Numbered from the whole stretch's first letter, positions 1 through 13,725 are shown. The stretch is DNA of 63,582 bases, filler included, from Chiloscyllium plagiosum (GCF_004010195.1; 6 parts of one record of this genome joined end to end with filler, not necessarily neighbours in it); one strand, 5' to 3'. The notes: generated by a model from the letters alone, not told the origin. Made by a program: numbers and translations.

Positions 1-1075
1 AAAATATACCCCAGTGATCCAAGGACTTAAATCCTTGCTTCCTGCACCAGTTCCCCAACCACATGTTCAAGTCCATTATCTCCCTGTTTCTGGCCACACT
101 AGCCCGAGGAACTGGAAGCAAACCGGAGATAACCACCTTGGACGTCCTGCTTTTCAGCCTTCTTCCTAGTTGAAGTCTCACTGTAGTATGTTCCTCCTCT
201 TCTTCCCGACATCATTTGTGCCGACATGTACCACCACCTCTGGCTCTTCACCCTCATCCTTGAGGATTTCCTGCACTCTGTCCGCGATGTCTTTCACTCT
301 CGCACCAGGAAGGCAACACACCATCCTTAAATCCCGTCTGCTGCCACAAAAACCCCGGTCAGTTCCTCTCACGATGGAGTCCCCTATTACCACTGCTCTG
401 TGCGATGTCCGACTCTTCCGCTCTGCCTCCACGTCAACTTTTGATTGACAAACTTGGCCGCCTTGCGAACTGCAGTGTCATCAGTCTCTGCTTCCAAAAG
501 CTTCAACTTGTCCCTGACAGATACTTCTCCCGGGGTCTCTTGCACCTGTCTCCTCTCTGCCTTCCTCATCGTCTCCTCTCTTCTTCTCTCTTCTGGCATG
601 ATTGGTGTAATGACATCGCTGAAGGTCTTGTCCAGAAAGATCTCGTTCTCTCGGATGAGCCTAAGGTCTTAGAGTTCTTTCGTCAGCGCTGCAATATGCT
701 CGGTCAATTGCTGAATGTGCATACATTTTCCACACATATACGAGCCAGACACACCAGAGTCGTTGACCTCCCACATCAAGCACGTAGCGCACTGAACCAG
801 CTGGGCAGTCATGTCTTCACCCTCTTCAACTCAACCTCCTTGTCAAAGATTCCTGAGCTGAAGCCTCACTCTTCGATCTAAACTTCCTTAGACCCTCTTT
901 TTGTGGCTCGTCTGTGGACTCTTAATTAAGGTTAGAGGAGGAGGGAGGGCAGGAGACCCTACTTTGTAGGACCTGGGGTTTAGAACACACCCACTCTAAT
1001 AGCAATCACTTACCTTCCCGACCGGCTTTGCGCTCCGTCTGAACTTCCGCCCAGCTCCCGCCGCTCTCTGCTGCG
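1..1075 (-). mobile_element. CR1-type LINE 5' region: UTR plus disrupted ORF1 (Cys-rich N-terminus, coiled coil, SGNH esterase)
   Basis: The minus-strand translation gives VVIGDSIVRG...CCLPGARVKD...VVHVGTNDVGK (SGNH esterase motifs of CR1 ORF1), preceded by a CxxC...CxxC segment near 720-810. The frame is shifted. Confidence 0.85.
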
Positions 1076-1079
1076 AAAA

Positions 1080-2520
1080 AAATGCTCACTCTTAAATGTT
1101 TTGTTGTTAAACTGTGCCCCCTACTTCTAGTTTCTCCAGCAAGGGTAAATACCTTTTCAGTGCTCACCCTGTCCAGTTTCTCGGGATTTTTCAAGAAGCT
1201 AATTTCTTGGTTTATTTTCTGAACTTCATTAGATACAGGCCTAGGCATTCCTCATAAGGCCACACATTTATCTCAGAAATCGGTCAATTAAAACTTCACA
1301 AGTTCTAGTGTAGTTCTGTTTTTTGTAAAGAAGATGCACAATTCTGCAGAGCTGCAGATGTCATCTGCCTTCGAGAACCATGGCAGAATTTCCTTGCTTT
1401 TTATTCCATTCCCCTTGCAATGAACGATCGTGTTGCATTTCCCTTCCAAATTGCTGTACATGCCACCTAGTATTTTGTGATACATGTGGACATCCAGTTC
1501 CTCCTGCACTTCAGAATTGTATAATCTCTCTCCCTTAAATATGCTGCTTTCCTATTCCTGCCAAAGATTTACATTGTACTGTCACCTGCCACAGTTTTAT
1601 CGACTTGCTGAAGGACTCAGTAACGAAGTTGGAATAGATTCTGTTCTCTTGTGCAACGTTCTCTCTCTTGTTTAGTGTTTCCAGTAAAATTGAACAGCAT
1701 ATAATTGATTCTCCCTTCATCCAAGTCATTTGTATAGATTGTAAATAGTCGAGGCCCCAGTACTGTACTCCTTTGGTCCCCTACTTGTTACATCTTGCCA
1801 ACCTGAAAGTGACCCATTTACGTCACCTGTTTACTAATTAATGCAATATCCGTGCTAATGTACCCCCCTACTCCAGCTCTTGATTTTAACTACTCTTTGA
1901 AACATCTAGTCAAAATCATTCTGCAAACTCAAGTTGGTGTCATCAATAGGTTCCCCTTTATCCTTGTTGATTGTTACTTCCTCAAAGACCTCTAGTCACA
2001 AACTATGTTCAAAACCATGTGGCTCTACATATTTGCATTGATTTCACTAACTGCCATGTTGTAACCTCAAGAGATTTTGGTATTTTCTCAAAGCCAGACA
2101 TTAGGTTAATTGGCCTTTAGCTTGCTGTTTCCTGGCAAATTTAAGGCAATTTTAGCTATTTTAATATTGTGATCAAGTTCATAAGGACCTAGGGATGTGT
2201 CAGCCATACCCATTCGCTGGTTTTTGTATTGGTTTAATGTTCCTACTTCCCTTTTCCCTCCCCTCCTGGGGTGTTATTCTCTGTAGTGAAAAATGGGGGT
2301 GAAGTACCTGTTCCATGGATGTGTCATTTCTTTATTTCACATTATTCATTCCCCAGAGAGGGATTCTGGACAACCAACACCCACTTTGGCTTTATTCCAT
2401 TTTGGAGGAGAAAGTGAGGTCTGCAGATGCTGGAGATCAGAGATGGAAATGTGTTGCTGGAAAAGCGCAGCAGGTCAGGCAGCATCTAGGGAACATCTAT
2501 AGAAACTCTTAGCTGTTTTT
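1080..2520 (-). mobile_element. Old, heavily decayed CR1 ORF2 (reverse transcriptase) fragments
   Basis: Remnants such as LDRVSTEKVFTLAGETRSRGHSL, with many stops and frameshifts. Confidence 0.65.
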
Positions 2521-3189
2521 AATGTTCTAGTCAGCTTTTTCAAGTACTCTTAATTTCTCCACCTTAATCATTCTTTGGTTATAACATTTTTTTAAAAATC
2601 CTAGTCTGCACTCATCTTGGTGGTTGTGAGCTCACTCTTTCAACTCAGGGCAGCGTTTAACTGTCTGTGCCCCTGGTTGTGGGCTCCCTGGTCATTGGGA
2701 ACAATCTGTGTTTACTCTGTCTGCTCCTGTTATTTTGTAGGTTTCTATGAGTTCATCCCTCTCATTCTTCTAAATTTCAGTGGATATAATCCTAACCGAT
2801 CTATAGTGCATGTTGCTCTTCCAAAAATGTTCAATTAGTGTCAAAGTAGGCATTGCTGAAAGGAGGCAAGAATTTAAAAAATGTGAAACTTTTTATTTGT
2901 CTCAGTCACACGAGACAGAATCAAATCTTTTTGTGCAGTAAAAGTGCTGATTGGTCAGCCATCCCTGGCATGGCAACGCAGCAAGAACATTAATAGTCAA
3001 TGTAACATTTGTGCCACACGAATGTCAGCCAATGCCCATCTCCAATAAAACACCTTCTAGCCATTCCCTTGTCATTCAATGGTGTTGCCCTGACTGAATC
3101 CCTCACTATCAACATCCTGAAGGTTAATATCGATCAGAAACTCAACTGGATTTGCCATGTAAATAGTGACCATAAGAGTAGGTCAGAGA

Positions 3190-3635
3190 AGGGTTGGAGG
3201 ACATTGAGCAATAGGGAGAGGCTGAACAGGCTGGGGCTGTTTTCCCTGGAGTATCGGAGGCTGAGGGGTGACCTTATAGAGGTTTATTAAATCATGAGGG
3301 GCATGGTTAGGATAAATAGGCAAAGTCTTTCCCCTGGGGCCGGGGAGTCCAGAATAGAGGGCATAGGTTTAGGATGAGAGGGGAAAGATATAAAAGAGAG
3401 CTAAGGGGCAACTTTTTCACATGGTATGTGTATGGAATGAGCTGCCAGAGGAAGTGGTGGAGGCTGGTACAATTGCAACATTTAAGAGGCATTTGGATGG
3501 GTATATGAATAGGAGGGGTTTGGACGGATATGGGCTGGTGCTGACAGGTGGCTCTAGATTGGGTTGGGGTATCTGGTTGGCATGGACGGGTTGGACCGAA
3601 GGGTCTGTTTCCATGCTGTACCCATCTCTATGACT
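3190..3635 (+). mobile_element. CR1/HER1 LINE 3' end inserted into an older LINE fragment (about 2990-4115)
   Basis: [25 protein letters not shown]...WNELPEEVVEAGTIATFKRHLD, then the 3' UTR ending ctctatgact. The flanks on both sides belong to a different LINE. Confidence 0.9.
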
Positions 3636-4656
3636 AGGAATTTGCAGTGAGTAACTCACCACGTCACTCCCCAAAACCTGTCCACCATCTCCAAGGCACA
3701 GATCAGGAGTGTGATGAAATACTACCCACTTGCCTGGGCAGAGCCAACAATACTCCAAAAGCCTGCCACCAACCAACCCACTTGATTGGCATTGTATCCA
3801 TTCCCTCCACCACCAAAGCAGTGCGCACTATTTACAAGATGAACTGCAAAAATCCTCAGACAGCACCTTCTACAGCAATGACCACTTCCATCTAGAAGGA
3901 CAAGGTCAGCAGTTACAAGGGAACAATGTCCCCTGCCAGTTCCCCTCCAAACCAATCACTATCCTGACTTGGACTAATATGATCATTCCTCCACTGGCAC
4001 TGAGTCAAAATCCTGGAATTCACTCCCAATGGACATTGTGGGTCAACCTGCAGCACACGGACTGAAGTGGTTCAAGAAGGCAGCTCAAGGGGCAACGAGG
4101 GGTGGGCAATAAATGTGCCAATTAGAAACTACCTGCTGGTCTGCGAATTAATAGTGACAAACATAGGAGTAGGCTATTGAGTCTGTCCTTCCCTTCAATA
4201 CATTCATGGCTGCTTGAACACTTAAGTACCTTTTATCAATCTCATATCTGTAACCCTGTACACCATTAGTAATCAGAAGGCTACCAATCTCTACCTGAAA
4301 CATGCCCAAAGACACAGCTTCTGCAGCACTCTATGGTAGAAAATTCCAAACGCTGACAACCTTTTGAAATAAAAGAAATTCTCTCCTCTAACCTAAATGG
4401 AATCTTCCTTATTTTCAAATAATACCCTCTGCTCTTGATGCCCCAACCAGGGGAAACGGCTTACTTGAATCTATCCTGTCTGTCTGCTTAGGTATTTTGA
4501 AAGTTTCAATGAGATTACCTCTCATTCTTCAAAACTCCCCCCATACAGACCTATTTTCTCCAATCTTCCTTCCTAGGAGAGACCCGCCATCCCAGGAACA
4601 GTGTCCTTGTTGCACACCCGCAATAAAGTGTATCTTTGCTGCGATAAGGAGACCTC

Positions 4657-5008
4657 CTCCAGCCTCCTGCCTGTCCCTCCTGATGCTGCCTGCCTTGCTG
4701 TGTTCTCCCAGCCTCCTGCCTGTCCCTCCTGATGCTGCCTGCCTTGCTGTGTTCCCACAGCCTCCTGCCTGTCCATCCAGATGCTGCCTGCCTTGCTGTG
4801 TTCTCCCAGCCTCCTGCCTGTCCCTCCTGATGCTGCCTGCCTTGCTGTGTTCCCCCAGCCTCCTGCCTGTCCCTCCGGATGCTTCCTGCCTTGCTGTGTT
4901 CCCCCAGCCTCCTGCCTGTCCCTCCTGATGCTGCCTGGCTTGCTGTGTCCTGCCTGTCCCTCCTGATGCTGCCTGGCTTGCTGTGTTCTTCCAGCCTCTT
5001 GCCTGTCT
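4657..5008. repeat. 49-bp minisatellite, about 7 copies
   Basis: Unit cctcctgcctgtccctcctgatgctgcctgccttgctgtgttctcccag repeated in tandem. Confidence 0.95.
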
Positions 5009-5009
5009 A

Positions 5010-5610
5010 TGCAGGTTCAGTTGGCAGTTAGGAAGAGAAATGCAATCTTAACATTTACTTCAAGAGGGCTCGAATGTGCGGGTGGAGGTGTATTGCTGAG
5101 GCTGTGTTAGTCTTCGGTCAGACTGGGTTTGGAATATTGTGAGCAGTTTTCGGCCCCGAATCTAAGGAAAGATGTGCTGGCACTGGAGGGAGTCCAAAGG
5201 AGAGTCACAAGAATGATCCTGGAGATTAAGGGCTTGTCATTTGAGAAGTCTGTGTCAGTTCTCAGAGTTTAGAAGGAATGGCAGAGATGGTTTGGGGGTG
5301 GGAGGGGGGGGGAGAGAGGGGGAAATTGTGAGTGTCAGAGCCTGAGAGACCTGTGTCGAGTGGATGTGGAGAAGCTGTTCCCACTAGTGGGAGAGACTAG
5401 GATAGCTTTGGAGTGAGGGGACAACCCTTTCGAACTGAGGTGAGGAAGAATCTTTTCAGTCAAAGGGTGGTGACTCATTGCTGCAGAGGACTGTGGGGGC
5501 CAAGTCAGTGTGTGTACTTAAGACAGAGGTAGGTAGGTTCCTGATTAGAGGCTAAAAGAATGAGGTTGAAAAACATACCAGCCATGATTAAGTGGTGGGG
5601 CAGACTCATG
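5010..5610 (+). mobile_element. Decayed CR1 ORF2 3' fragment
   Basis: Degenerate LEYCEQFSAPNLRKDVLALEGVQRRVTRMI segment. Confidence 0.75.
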
Positions 5611-5633
5611 GAACTTAGATTTGTACAACACAA

Positions 5634-6323
5634 TGTTACAACACGGCGCAAACCGCTCTGCTAATTTAAACCCGACACACACACACACACACACAGCTCA
5701 CCTCGCGCAGTAATTTGTTGAATTTCAAGATGCAAAGAACTATCCCAGAGGTCGCTATTAAAGAATAAAATTGTTAATTTTTACTTTAAAAACCTAAAGA
5801 GAACATTAGACAGCTATTTACAACTCCTTTCTCTTAAACCTATCTTTTACCTCCCAAATTTAAAAAAATTAAGATTAAAAAAAAAATCACAGTTCACAAC
5901 CAGTCAGCGTTGTCGATTTTCCTCTGTAGATTTTTCTCTCGATCAGCCTTGCTGTTCTGCTCCACAAATTTCTTATGAATACGTATCTTTCAGAGAGCTC
6001 TTCGGCTAGCAATCTATACTTGTTGGTATTTTTGGCAGGTCTCCCACTGTTCAAAATATCCAGTTTTATACCCCAAAACATTGGATCATTTCATTGGTTT
6101 GATGTTGTCAAATTACTAAATACAAATTTGATTGCATTTTGGTATCTGGGGCATAATTTAAATTGGCCAAATTTGAATTTGTTTTTGTATCATGGCAACT
6201 CATCTGCATTGTTGGTTTCAAAGTTAAATGTTACATTTTAAATTCTTTCACCACACTCTGCCTCTCTAAGTCCTTGCCAGCTTCTAGTCTCACTCAAAAG
6301 ATAAAGTACACACCTTCATAGCA
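5634..6323. mobile_element. Probable solo LTR-like insertion in a CR1 tail
   Basis: Begins TGTTACA and ends CATAGCA (TG...CA). It interrupts a minus-strand CR1 3' tail that resumes at about 6324. The TSD is not clean. Confidence 0.5.
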
Positions 6324-6324
6324 A

Positions 6325-7000
6325 AAATACAGGCCCTTCAGCCCTTGATATTTTATCCTACTTTAAGATCAGACTAACTTATATACCCTTCCATGTGCCT
6401 CTCCAAGAGTCGCTTCAATATCCCTAATGTCAGTGTATTCCACTACCTCCGACATCTTCCTAAACCTTCCTCCAATCACCGTAAAATTATGCCCCTTCTG
6501 ATACACATTTCTGCCCTGGGAAAATGTCTCTGGCTATCCACTCTATCTATGCCTCTCGGCATCTTGTACACCTCTATCAGGTCCCCTCTCATCCTTCTTT
6601 GCTCCAAAGAGGAAAAGCTCTTGTTCCCTCAACCTTTCCTCATAAGACATGCCCTCCAGTCCAGGCAGCATCCTGGTACATGTCTTCTGCACCCTCTCTA
6701 AAACTTCCTTATCTTTCCTATAATGTGGTCTAACCAGAGCTCTGTAGAGATGCAGCATAACCTCGTGGCTTTTACACTCGATCCCCCTGCTAATGAAAAC
6801 CAACACACCATATGCCTTCTTAACATCCCTGTCAACTTGGGTGGCAACTTTGAGGGATCTATGGACATAGACCACACGATCCCTCTATTCCTCCACATTG
6901 CCACAAATCCTACCATTAATCCTGTATTCTGTATTCAAATTTGATCTTCCAAAATGAATCACTTTAGACTTTTCCAGGTTGAACTTCCATCTGCCACTTA
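6325..7000 (-). mobile_element. CR1 ORF2 3' fragment
   Basis: HRSLKVATQVDRDVKKAYGVL...[24 protein letters not shown]. Confidence 0.9.
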
Positions 7001-7789
7001 GCCCAGACTTGATGGGCTGATTGGCCTAATTCTGCTCCAATATGTCTGGATCTTATGGCAGGTAAATCCAGGAACTTCCATTTCATGTGCTGTGGGCAAG
7101 GATTTGGATCCCATTATGGTGGCAGGTGGAATTTCAATTCACCTGGTAACTTGGGAGTTGAAAGCTAGTCTCATGAATGGCGCTAGGAAACAATCGTGGC
7201 TTGTTACTATGTTCACTAACATTCTTTTGAAGAAGCAAATCTGCTGAACTCCTGCATAACCTCGTCAACACAGTGGCGAGTTGTTACCTGCCCTCTAAGC
7301 TGGTCAGGACAGCCCTCCTTTGAGACGTGGGCTGTGTTTGAATGAATGCTGAGATGGTGGTGATGAGTTGCTGCAGCCAGCCTGGTGAGATTGGAGATGG
7401 TTCCAGGACATTGCTGTTGTGGTGTCTTCCTCCACTGCCATACTATCCTTTCACCCCCCCTCACCACCCACCCTCCTGCTCCCAGGAATCTCCACACTTG
7501 TAATTAGTTTTGAGAGGCCGTGTGTGAGCCTCCTGCACAGTGAACAGAGTGTCAGTATTGAGATCATATTTTGACAAGGGCATATACACTCATACTGGGC
7601 ACTGGGACCAGGGGTCCTACAAGGCCCTTGCTTTCCAAAGATACTGACCCATGAGAGTTTTGATTCCTGATAAAGGGATTATGTCCAAAATATCAATTCT
7701 TCTCCTCGGATGCTGCCTGACCTGTGGTGCGTTTCCAGCACCACACACTCAACTCTAATCTCCAGCATCTTCAGTCCTCACATTCGCCA

Positions 7790-10700
7790 TGAGGGTTTGT
7801 TCGGCTGTTCTCTCTGTCCTCTATATGGGATAAGGATTCACGTTTTTGGATCATTGGAAGCTCTTTTGGGGTGTAAGTGACCTGTACAAGAAGGACAGAT
7901 TGCACCTAAATTGGAAGAGGGCTAGTATACTGGCAGGGAGATTTGCTAGAGCTGCTCAGGAGGATTTAAATTAATAAGGTGGGGTGGTAGGACCCAGGGA
8001 GATAGTGAGGAAAGAGATCAATCTGAGACTGGTACAGTTGAGAAAAGAAGCGAGTCAAACAGTCTTAGGGCAGGCAAGGACAAAGCAGAAAATAAGGTAG
8101 GACTGAAAAATTAAACTGCATTCATTTCAATGCAAGAGGCCTAACAGGGAAGGCAGATGAACTCAGGGCATGGTTAGGAACATGGGACTGGGATATCATA
8201 GCAATTGCAGAAACATGGCTCAGGGATGGGCAGGACTGGCAGCTTAATGTTCCAGGATACAAATACTACAGGAAGGATAGAAAGGGAGGCAAGAGAGAAG
8301 GGGGAGTTGCATTTTTGGTAAGGCATAGTATAACAGCTGTACTGAGGGCGGATATTCCCAGAAATACATCCAGGGAAATTATTTGGGTGGAACTGAGAAA
8401 TAAGAAAAGGATGATCACTTATTGGGATTGTATTATAGACTCCCTAATTGATGGAAATTGAGAAACAAATTTGTAAGATCTCAGCTATCTGTAAGAATAA
8501 TAGGGTGGTTATGGTAGGGGATTTTAATTTTCCAAATATAGGAAGTTAAGGGTTTGGATGGAGAGGAATTTAATTGTGTACAAGAAAATGTTCTGATCTA
8601 GTATGTGGATGTACCTACTAGAGAAGATCACGGTGGCTCAGTGGTTAACACTGCTGCCTCACAGCACCAGGGTCCCAAGTTCGATTCCAGCCTTGGGCGA
8701 CTGTCTGTGTGGAATTTAGAGCATAGAGTCATAGGGATGTACAGCAGGGAAACAGACCCTTCCGTCCAGGCCGACCAGATATCCCAACCCAATCTAGTCC
8801 CACCTGCCACATAGAACAATATGGCGCAGAACAGGCCCTTCGGCCCTCGATGTTGCACTGACCTGTGAACTATTCTCAGCTCGTCCCCCTACACTATCTC
8901 ATCATCATCCATGTGCTTATCTAAGGATTGTTTAAATCTCCCTAATGTGGCTGAGTTAACTACATTAGCAGGTAGTGCATTCCACACCCTTACCACTTTC
9001 TGCGTAAAGAACCTGCCTCTGACATCTGTGTTAAGTCTATCATCCCTCAATTTGTAGTTCTGCCCCCTCATACACGCTGACATCATCATCCTAGGAAAAA
9101 GACCTTCACTGTCTACCCTATCTAATCCTCTGATCATCTTGTATATCTCTATCAACTCCCCCTCCCCCAGCTGCCTTCTTTCCAATGAGAACAGACCCAA
9201 GTCTCTCAGCCTTTCCTCATAAGACCTTCCCTCCAGACCAGGCAACATCCTGGTAAATCTCCTTTGCACCTTTTCCAAATGCTTCCACATCCTTCCCGAA
9301 ATATGGGGACCAGAACTGTACACAATTTTTCAAGTGTGGCCGCACCAGCGTTTTGTATAATTGCAGCATGATATTGCAGCTCCGGAACTCAATCCCTCTA
9401 CCAATGAAACCTAACACACCGTATGCCTTTTGAACAGCACTATCCACCTGGGTTGCAACTTTTAGAGATCTATGTACATGGACTCCAAGATCCCTCAGCA
9501 CATCCACACTACCAAGAATCTTTCCATTGACCCAGTATTCTGCCTTTCTGTTATTCTTCCCAAAGTGCATCACCTCACATTTAGTTGCATTGAACTCCAT
9601 TTGCCGCCTCTCAGCCCACTTTTGCAGTTTATCCAAGTCCCCCTGCAACCTGTAACATTCTTCCAAACTGCCCACTACTCCACTTGCACATTCTCCCCGT
9701 GTCTGCATGGGTTTCCTCCGGGTGCTCCGGTTTCCTCCCACAGTCCGAAGATATGCAGGTCAGGTGAATTGGCCATGCTAAATTGCCCATAGTGTTAGCA
9801 TTAGTCAGAGGGAAATGGGTCTGGGTGGGTTACTCTTCGGAGGGTTGGTGTGGACTTGTTGGGCCAAAGGGCCTGTTTCCACACTGTAGGGAATCTAAAA
9901 TAAAACTTGACCTACTCTTGGGAAATAAGGCAGGGCAGGTGACTGAGGTGTCAGTGGGGGATCACTTTGGGGCCAGCGAACATAATTCTATTAGATTTAA
10001 AATAGTGATGGAAAAGGATAGACCAGATCTAAAAGTTGAAGTTCTAAATTAGAGGAAGGCCAATTTTGACGGTATTAGGCAAGAACTTTCNNNNNNNNNN
10101 NNNNNNNNNNNNNNNNNNNNNNNNNNNNNNNNNNNNNNNNNNNNNNNNNNNNNNNNNNNNNNNNNNNNNNNNNNNNNNNNNNNNNNNNNNNNNNNNNNNN
10201 NNNNNNNNNNNNNNNNNNNNNNNNNNNNNNNNNNNNNNNNNNNNNNNNNNNNNNNNNNNNNNNNNNNNNNNNNNNNNNNNNNNNNNNNNNNNNNNNNNNN
10301 NNNNNNNNNNNNNNNNNNNNNNNNNNNNNNNNNNNNNNNNNNNNNNNNNNNNNNNNNNNNNNNNNNNNNNNNNNNNNNNNNNNNNNNNNNNNNNNNNNNN
10401 NNNNNNNNNNNNNNNNNNNNNNNNNNNNNNNNNNNNNNNNNNNNNNNNNNNNNNNNNNNNNNNNNNNNNNNNNNNNNNNNNNNNNNNNNNNNNNNNNNNN
10501 NNNNNNNNNNNNNNNNNNNNNNNNNNNNNNNNNNNNNNNNNNNNNNNNNNNNNNNNNNNNNNNNNNNNNNNNNNNNNNNNNNNNNNNNNNNNNNNNNNNN
10601 NNNNNNNNNNNNNNNNNNNNNNNNNNNNNNNNNNNNNNNNNNNNNNNNNNNNNNNNNNNNNNNNNNNNNNNNNNNNNNNNNNNNNNNNNNNNNNNNNNNN

Positions 10701-11455
10701 NNNNNNNNNNNNNNNNNNNNNNNNNNNNNNNNNNNNNNNNNNNNNNNNNNNNNNNNNNNNNNNNNNNNNNNNNNNNNNNNNNNNNNNNNNNNNNNNNNNN
10801 NNNNNNNNNNNNNNNNNNNNNNNNNNNNNNNNNNNNNNNNNNNNNNNNNNNNNNNNNNNNNNNNNNNNNNNNNNNNNNNNNNNNNNNNNNNNNNNNNNNN
10901 NNNNNNNNNNNNNNNNNNNNNNNNNNNNNNNNNNNNNNNNNNNNNNNNNNNNNNNNNNNNNNNNNNNNNNNNNNGGGTTCAGAAAAGATTTACAAGGATG
11001 TTGCCAGGGTTGGAGGATTTGAGCTATAGGGAGAGGTTGAATAGGCTGGGGCTGTTTTCCCTGGAGCATCAGAGGCTGAGGGGTGACCTTATAGACCATA
11101 AAAATCATGAGGGGCATGGATAGGGTAAATAGACAAGGTCTTTTCCCTGGGGTGGGGGAGTCCAGAACTAGAGGGCATAGATTTAGGGTGATATGGGAAA
11201 TATATAAGAGAGACCTAAGGGGCAACTTTTTCACGCAGAGGGTGGTACGGGTATGGAATGAGCTGCCAGAGGATGTGGTGGAGGCTGGTACAATTGCAAC
11301 ATTTAAGAGGCATTTGGATGGGTATATGAATAGGAAGGGTTTGGAGGGATATGGGCTGGGTGCTGGCAGGTGGGACTAGATTGGGTTGGGATATCTGGTC
11401 GGCATGGACGGGTTGGACTGAAGGGTCTGTTTCCATGCTGTACATTTCTATGACT
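7790..11455 (+). mobile_element. CR1 LINE (ORF1 end, APE endonuclease, 3' end after the gap) carrying nested SINE and LINE insertions
   Basis: FNARGLTGKADEL...IIAIAETWL...GYKYYRKDR...GGVAF endonuclease motifs at about 8110-8330. The element breaks at about 8627 and resumes at about 9902 (KLDLLLGNKAGQV). A CR1 3' end follows the N gap at 10975-11455, but continuity across the gap is unproven. Confidence 0.85.
8628..9900 (+). mobile_element. HE1-type SINE split by minus-strand CR1 3' fragments (about 8717-9684)
   Basis: The SINE head ggtggctcagtggttaacactgctgcc...ctgtctgtgtgga stops at about 8713 and resumes ttgcacattctccccgtgtctgc at about 9684. The intervening DNA encodes a CR1 RT C-terminus on the minus strand. 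Confidence 0.85.
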
Positions 11456-11879
11456 GTATTTCCCATCCTCTGGATGTCCCTGAGTGCTGCATGTGAAGCG
11501 CACATTATGAATGTCATGTCAACACCAACCTCTGACAGTTCCACTCTGAGTCACTGACCATTCTCACTTCGAAATTTATCGCTGTTCCTTCCCTGTCACT
11601 GGGTCAAAACCCTGGAATTCCCTCCCAAAGGGCATTGTGAGTCCATCCACAGCACATGGACTCTGATGGTTCAGGAAGGCAGCTCACCCCCACCTTCTCA
11701 AGGGGGCAACTAGGGACGGGCAATAAAAGCTGGTGCAGCCAGTGACACCCACATCCTGTGAATCACTTCGGACAGTAGGACATAATCCCTGCTCTGCTGC
11801 CACTGGTGGCCATGGCACCTTTCACATTGGTGTGTGTAAAGTATCATCAGGTAAACAGTAAGTGAATGGAATGGTCTTC

Positions 11880-13230
11880 CATCCAAATAAAATGAGTCAG
11901 AGAGATAATTACAAAAAAGTAAAACTAAGGTGGTGCTGGAGACAAACCAAATGACTGGAATAACGTGATTGATAGGTAAAAGCTTGCTGAGGGTCTAACC
12001 CAAGTAATAACTAATCCAAAACTGTGCGAACTAATCAAAGTAGAGAGATCATAACAATTTATCAAGGTGATAGTGTTGGTTCCTCAGAAGACTGACACAG
12101 GGTATGACTGATGAGTACCCTTCGTCTTCCAGTACTTCTCTGGAGTGGAGAGACTATACCATGTTCTTCGCAGCCTTCAACATGTCATCGATGACAATGA
12201 GCATCTTGCCAAGATCATCCCTTTGCCTCACTTCTCGCCTTCAAACAATCCGTCAACCTTAAACCGACCATCATTCACAGCAAACTACCCAGCCTTCAGG
12301 ACAACACCATACAACTCTGCCATGGCAACCTCTGCAAGACACGTCAGATCATCGACATAGATACTACCATCACATGTAGGAACGCCATTCACCATGCAGA
12401 CAGCAGAAACTCATGTGACTTGGCTAAGGTTGCCTATCTCATTTGCTGCAAGCAAGGATGCCCCGAGGCATGATGTATTGTCGAGACCATGCAGACGCTA
12501 CAACAACGGATGAATAGACACCGGGCAACAATCACCAGACAGGGATAGTTCCCTCCCAGTCGGGGAACACCTCAGCGGTCAAAGTCATTCAGCCTCCAAC
12601 CTTTGGGTAAGCATCCTCCAAGGCAGCCTTTGAGATACACAACAACACAGAGTCACTGAACAGAAACCGATATCCAAGTTCCGTCCCCGTGAAGACAGCT
12701 TCAACTGTGACCTTGGGTTCATGTCGCACTACATGTGACTCCACCACACTGTCCTGTTTTGACACCATCATCTTGATAACTTATGATCTCGCTACTTAAT
12801 TTGTTTGTATGGTTTTGGATTACTTATTACTTTGGTTAGACTTTCGGCAGGTGACTCTTACACCTATCATGTTATTCCAGTTGTTTAGTATGTCCCCAGC
12901 GCCACCTTATTTTTAATTTTTTTGTAATTATCTCTCTGTCTCATTTAACCAGGTTATAGTTCATAGCTTGTTATTCAGCTGTTAACGCTTTACCCACACT
13001 GTCTAACACTCTTGATTATCTGCAGCGACTTATTATTTGACTTCCCATTCATGCCAGTTGTATGATCTTTTGATCTCTCTGCTGATAAATTGTGTCTGTG
13101 TGCTCTTCTCTCTCACTTCACCTGATGAAGGGGTTATGCTCAGGAAGTTTGTGATTTCAAATAAAGCTGTTGAACTATAACCTGGTGTCGTGTGACTTCT
13201 GACCTTGTCCACCCCAGTCCAGCACCTCCA
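11880..13230 (+). mobile_element. Penelope-like element 3' region (decayed GIY-YIG endonuclease plus terminal repeat)
   Basis: Remnant CKTxQII...AYLICCKQGCPEA*CIVETMQTLQQRMNRHR at about 12330-12530. Terminal motif cacctgatgaagg...aaataaagctgttgaactataacctggtg at 13118-13190. Confidence 0.75.
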
Positions 13231-13489
13231 CATCCTGACTTTTCATACCTACGTAATAATGCCACAGTCCAGAAGGAGGCCACTCAATCCATACCTGTAC
13301 TAGCTCTTTCAGAGTCCTCCGCTGTTTCCCCACTGTCCTGAAAATGTGCCCTTTCAATGTGGTCATGGAATTGTTACTGTTCAGAAAGACACCGTTCAGC
13401 ACACCATGTCTGGACGGTACCTGTGCCTTTTGGCATAATGCCAATCTCCTATATTTTCTCCCTGTAATCCTGCACGTCATTTCAATTTA

Positions 13490-13725
13490 AATTATCATCC
13501 AATAGGAATGACATCACCGCAGGAAATGACATCACCGCAGGAAATTACATCACCAACCCAAACATATAAATAGAAAGCGGGAATCATCAGCAGTGCTTCG
13601 TCCAGAGGCTCACTGAAGATGTTACCCAGTAGGGTGAGGAAACGTCTGGAAGTGAACCTCCCAGCTCAGCGAGCAAACCTACATCCAGAACCTCAACCTG
13701 AGTTACAAATCTTCTCAAAACTCGT
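13490..13725 (+). mobile_element. Penelope-like terminal repeat fragment (second family)
   Basis: ggaaatgacatcacc repeats followed by cactgaagatgttacc...gaaacgtctg. A reverse-complement copy lies at about 55795-56120. Confidence 0.6.

Noticed and set aside
178..432. Host SGNH esterase/lipase gene
   Set aside because: It is intronless, frameshifted and preceded by the CR1 ORF1 Cys-rich N-terminus, so it is the LINE ORF1 esterase.
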